Shown here piece by piece: positions 29,901-32,000 of a DNA stretch of 32,000 bases. A program made the position numbers and the translations under genes. The stretch is from Vibrio alginolyticus NBRC 15630 = ATCC 17749 (lineage in GTDB: Bacteria > Pseudomonadota > Gammaproteobacteria > Enterobacterales > Vibrionaceae), in NCBI RefSeq assembly GCF_000354175.2, contig NC_022349.1:1110001-1142000 (forward strand), read 5' to 3'. The notes beneath the pieces were generated by a model. That model made no database searches and had not been told where the DNA came from. It saw only the letters and a list, made by a program, of their open reading frames with translations. Each line of letters opens with the position of its first letter. The stretch's first letter is position 1.

Positions 29901-30457
29901 CTCGCACTCAGTGGAGCCAATCTTCGAGCTTACCCGAAAGAGAGAAGCATAATTCAGCATTGGTTCAGCAAGCGCTGTTTGACTTACAATCTATTATTCA
30001 ACAGCCTACGGTATACCATCAACCTATTGAAAAAGTACAAGCTTACCCAGGTTACACACATCGTGAGTTAATCGGTTTGGAAGTGCATATTCAACTGCCA
30101 AGGCGTGCTGCAACGAATGGTATTACGTTGAGAACTAACAGCAAGGCAACAGAAGATGATTTGATGTCAGGCTCGTGGCATCAAAACGCAGATTTAGTCA
30201 CGCTACAAACTCAAGATCAAGCGAGCAAAGAATCACTGGTGTACAAAGTAACCTTGCCAATTGAAGAAGCAGATCATTACCTTGCAATGCAAGTAGCTTA
30301 CGATGTGGAAGATGATGCCCCTGCTAAGCGTGAGTATTGGTTCCAAAACGGCATAAAACAGAGTGCAACTTATGGCATTATTTCAGACAATATCAAACAA
30401 GACATAATTAAAAAAACACTCACCCCCGCAGTTGGCACACTAGGTTTTCAGGAGTAA
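26960..30457 (+). CDS. Candidate T6SS MIX-type effector with a C-terminal membrane-inserting (pore-forming-type) region
   Basis: 1165 aa. All three MIX motif elements are present in order in the N-terminal region: FIPVR, LRDGWLYVY, ICFSEHRWT. There are four hydrophobic helices at aa ~774-957 and an unassigned C-terminal ~208 aa. I spotted no enzymatic signatures. The start is fixed by an in-frame TAG at 26930-26932. The SD is weak. Confidence 0.75.
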   Translation: MNNPLPPKTSMFWYDNSYTYEEAVQAFESDGTLKSLNIVPTTESDDLAGSPPERSMFWEGETKKIDPPPPSEPEPLNLKTEKEATEASPAHFIPVRYAIDQLETEETQPFGLPEEWKGQGPAKLNTVGYTLRQLRDGWLYVYDAINKSLDEYEIKGTQFTLYKLGESESPKSEQRGTPQDAKPFLTYVNGSVLSICFSEHRWTWHTFMRVLNNPSNHIDRMQTIVLSSNENQHNIAPIDKLTQVADIESSAVDDGRFADSGIATKADEDGSVFKPVAVESDLTSAIPEEESGYFVAIKDYAADIQDMSLHFVGAASPYRLFTDQFSNQWNLMQTAMQLCMFGASDEIDMPASVKRNGEELSFYTDMADYYDSSHQLDLAEQNKSSVQSGYPAKFSAGAIESHQHTQSDIAKAIQDKYRISASRFGKYEQWIATERWRQQLNWKQMLSEMQELSEQKETMLAQVVSVKRDFIAVMESLTPHHLERTFDLYSEDTQYSLYQLHKQAVESFTLVIQEEDRQWAESQWEKPTSLLALYASGFSRSLFKVMEKNITEALDEQSIVSGNPDPDNQLMDQISDTSNRVNMYSKIMDFVSNPNTAETAFLKDIAKGFQELDIIFKSAIGALAKGVVEFGVSMTSQVSISLMPVFAKPLNRHSYYLFAVIAEHMAHNMPVTIKEGYARDFKKWKTRVNDYLIKLEKNDAIIADFQKNNRKADSKYTTALKNKKTIKKALAVATLEYPQYIELPDDLPQRTIELRTRIVMNKLNDLNKLFENAGGLGFLALIFNCIALGDAMSSIQDTGLMSSDEFLDIQQKLFYTVNAWTGVRTGKLWEKVKGEPRLRSHSYNVLKKLVNRNEDTFKNLNLDDLKVFNKWLAITGALGALASGIEAYRSWQSADKVYGQEKYLHVANSLVLTAMSAVGIFQVYGGLTGQFALNLSFGGPITAGLVILTIAYLAINYKLNKLKQDDFQKWLDKLPWGYHPTRTQWSQSSSLPEREKHNSALVQQALFDLQSIIQQPTVYHQPIEKVQAYPGYTHRELIGLEVHIQLPRRAATNGITLRTNSKATEDDLMSGSWHQNADLVTLQTQDQASKESLVYKVTLPIEEADHYLAMQVAYDVEDDAPAKREYWFQNGIKQSATYGIISDNIKQDIIKKTLTPAVGTLGFQE
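27230..27568 (+). other. MIX (marker for type VI effectors) motif region within the effector ORF
   Basis: shhPhR is F92-R96 FIPVR (27233-27247). hRxGhhYhh is L134-Y142 LRDGWLYVY (27359-27385). hhF/YSxxxWS/T is I195-T203 ICFSEHRWT (27542-27568). Confidence 0.7.
29279..29830 (+). other. Cluster of four predicted transmembrane/hydrophobic helices in the effector C-terminal region
   Basis: The helices are aa 774-795 GGLGFLALIFNCIALGDAMSSI, 871-888 WLAITGALGALASGIEAY, 906-927 VANSLVLTAMSAVGIFQVYGGL and 939-957 GPITAGLVILTIAYLAINY. They are glycine/alanine-rich helices of the kind seen in pore-forming toxins. Confidence 0.6.
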
Positions 30458-30460
30458 CCC

Positions 30461-31405
30461 TTGGCATATTCACCGTTTTATATCACCCCAGAAGAATTGG
30501 CGGTTTATCAAGAAGCACAAGAGCAAGAGATTCTCAAAGGGGACAATTTAACAACATGGCATAAGTATGATGTAGAAGAGCCATTTCGCTACCATTACAA
30601 GTTAACGGCTTTGCCATTTATGAGCTTCTTATTTGTAATTGTATTTTTGACACACTCAAGTGATACGCTTGTCGTGACCTTTTTTGGCCTTATCTTGTCA
30701 GTAATGATGGCCGGGATCTTTTATCTTACGATTGGCCTCGACTATCGCTATGACTATATCTTTTCTGACAAAGGCTTTGTGATGAAGAAGCGTCGCAACA
30801 TGCCTAAGTGGGCGAATACCGCCACACAAGCCGTTGGCTGGATCGGTGCGGTAGTTTGCGTTTTGATGGTAGCGGTAGTTGGCCCGATGGCGTTAGCTGG
30901 AGCGGGCGCTCTTATTTTATTCTCATTTGGTATGTTAAAACGCAAGCCCGATGAACCAACAGAAGTGAGAATTGGAGAGCGTGAAGATTGGTTGTTTGCC
31001 GACTACAACAAAAAGCGCAAAGTGATCCAGTTCTACTTTAAGCAGGATAAGTGTGAATATATCGATATGGAACACAACACTATTGTCCGTTCACATAGTA
31101 GATCTGATTGCTACGTATTTTTCAAAACTGAAACGGACTTAGAATCGATGGTAAATCAGTTAGCTACGGAATATAAGCTGGATTGTACAGAGGTAGATGA
31201 CCACAAAAAGCTGTTTGAATCGAAGCCAGAATCAAGGCTCTTTAGTATTCCGGTTTGTAGTAGAGAATATCAAACCGAAGAGGTATTTGATTTAAGGGCG
31301 TCAAATGCCCCACTTCCTGAGCGTGAATACCTTTACAACGGCAAGTGGCAAACGGAATCTGAGATTGAAAAATCAAAATCTGAACTAACGGCAGCCAAGG
31401 TATAA
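30461..31405 (+). CDS. Candidate cognate immunity protein (four-TM inner-membrane protein with a ~150-aa soluble C-terminal domain)
   Basis: The TTG start lies 6 nt after AGGAG (30450-54), and that SD sits inside the last codons of the effector gene, whose stop is 30455-57. TM segments are at aa ~48-65, 70-92, 124-141 and 143-159. The position immediately 3' of a toxin gene is typical for immunity genes. The ORF call is solid; the function is inferred. Confidence 0.6.
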   Translation: MAYSPFYITPEELAVYQEAQEQEILKGDNLTTWHKYDVEEPFRYHYKLTALPFMSFLFVIVFLTHSSDTLVVTFFGLILSVMMAGIFYLTIGLDYRYDYIFSDKGFVMKKRRNMPKWANTATQAVGWIGAVVCVLMVAVVGPMALAGAGALILFSFGMLKRKPDEPTEVRIGEREDWLFADYNKKRKVIQFYFKQDKCEYIDMEHNTIVRSHSRSDCYVFFKTETDLESMVNQLATEYKLDCTEVDDHKKLFESKPESRLFSIPVCSREYQTEEVFDLRASNAPLPEREYLYNGKWQTESEIEKSKSELTAAKV

Positions 31406-31428
31406 ACCTTGGCTTGTTTACCTTTTTA
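31394..31428 (+). terminator. Putative terminator of the effector-immunity unit
   Basis: GCCAAGG (31394-31400) pairs with CCTTGGC (31407-31413). The stop codon TAA lies in the loop. It is followed by the T-rich TTGTTTACCTTTTTA. The stem is short, so this is a moderate call. Confidence 0.5.
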
Positions 31429-31533
31429 CATCCCCCAAAGCTTTAGGTTTACTCTGATGTACAAAAAGAAAAATTGGTTCAAATAACGAATTTTTAACTC
31501 GAGGATAGGAGAGTAAGCCCGAACCTTCTATCC

Positions 31534-31950
31534 TCAACTAAACACCCATTTTGCACTGAGTAAATAGTTACTCACCATGCCTGCCAATATGCCTAAGATC
31601 AAAGCCAAATAGACCATCACCCCTTGCGTTCCTAGCGCGAGCGTTACGCCTTTGAACACAATAAAGTTCGGCAAAGCACTGATACAGGCACTCGCCATAA
31701 ATTTTTGCCATTGAGCGAAAGGGTTGGTTTTTTCTGCTTGAGAGAAAGTCAGCCAGCGATTGCCAAGCCAAGTCGTGGTTGCTGCAAACAAAAATGCTAT
31801 CCCACGAGCCAGCATCAACTCCAGACCAAACCAATGGAACAACACAGAAAAGATAAGGGTGTCGACCATAAAGCCGACACCACCTACCAGAGCAAACCTT
31901 GTTAACGAAGCAAACCTTTCCAGCGAAGCAAATTTTGGTAATTTGCGCAT
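31534..31950 (-). CDS. GtrA-family membrane protein (polysaccharide/glycosylation-associated)
   Basis: It has four hydrophobic helices with GtrA-like motifs (RFALVGGVGFMVDTLIF, LGNRWLTFS, NYLLSAKWVF). The start is either ATG 31950 or GTG 31968. Confidence 0.85.
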   Translation of the reverse strand: MRKLPKFASLERFASLTRFALVGGVGFMVDTLIFSVLFHWFGLELMLARGIAFLFAATTTWLGNRWLTFSQAEKTNPFAQWQKFMASACISALPNFIVFKGVTLALGTQGVMVYLALILGILAGMVSNYLLSAKWVFS

Positions 31951-32000
31951 TCCGTTATCCAACCACACAGGTGTAGAGTGAGCGTTTCGATTTTGCTGTG

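Noticed and set aside
26960-30457. Alternative identities for the 1165-aa protein: Rhs/YD-repeat toxin, CdiA, RTX/MARTX, lipase, metalloprotease or nuclease.
   Set aside because: It has no YD or glycine-rich nonapeptide repeats, no GxSxG, no HExxH (only EHMAH) and no HNH-type motif visible. The MIX motifs plus the TM cluster fit better.
31501-31535. 10-bp hairpin (GAGGATAGGA / TTCTATCCTC, 15-nt loop) abutting the GtrA gene stop codon.
   Set aside because: No U-tract follows it on either strand, so I did not call it a terminator. It could be an mRNA-stabilising stem. I saw no second copy in the window that would suggest a repeat family.

Overview
The window reads as a core chromosomal segment of a Vibrio. 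The genus call is an inference from the LuxM/LuxN pair, and that pair also suggests the Harveyi clade.

Gene order, left to right:
- A 5'-truncated trpE followed by trpG-trpD-trpCF-trpB-trpA and a terminator.
- A Crp/Fnr-family regulator convergent with an AMP-dependent acyl-CoA ligase.
- A DAACS-family symporter.
- The luxM-luxN acyl-homoserine-lactone quorum-sensing pair.
- A tiny GemA-like ORF.
- yciB, yciA, yciI and a lipoprotein gene.
- Divergent metE/metR, with MetJ boxes in the spacer.
- A DUF4250-like small gene.
- A PAS / degenerate-GGDEF / EAL / CBS c-di-GMP phosphodiesterase co-oriented with a multi-pass membrane protein.
- The radical-SAM gene ygiQ.
- A GtrA-family gene at the right edge.

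I saw no rRNA, tRNA, CRISPR array, transposase or integrase.

The one clearly accessory block is 26960-31405. It holds a 1165-aa ORF followed 3 nt later by a 314-aa ORF.
- The N-terminus of the large ORF contains all three elements of the MIX (marker for type VI effectors) signature.
- Its C-terminus contains four hydrophobic helices plus about 210 aa that I cannot assign.
- The 314-aa ORF has four TM segments, starts at TTG, and has a Shine-Dalgarno sequence embedded in the last codons of the large gene.

I interpret this as an orphan T6SS MIX effector with a pore-forming-type toxin region and a membrane immunity protein. The architecture is VasX/TsiV2-like. No T6SS structural or adaptor gene lies in the window. 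The toxin and immunity parts are uncharacterised as far as I can tell.

All homology statements come from reading the translations. No database search was run.
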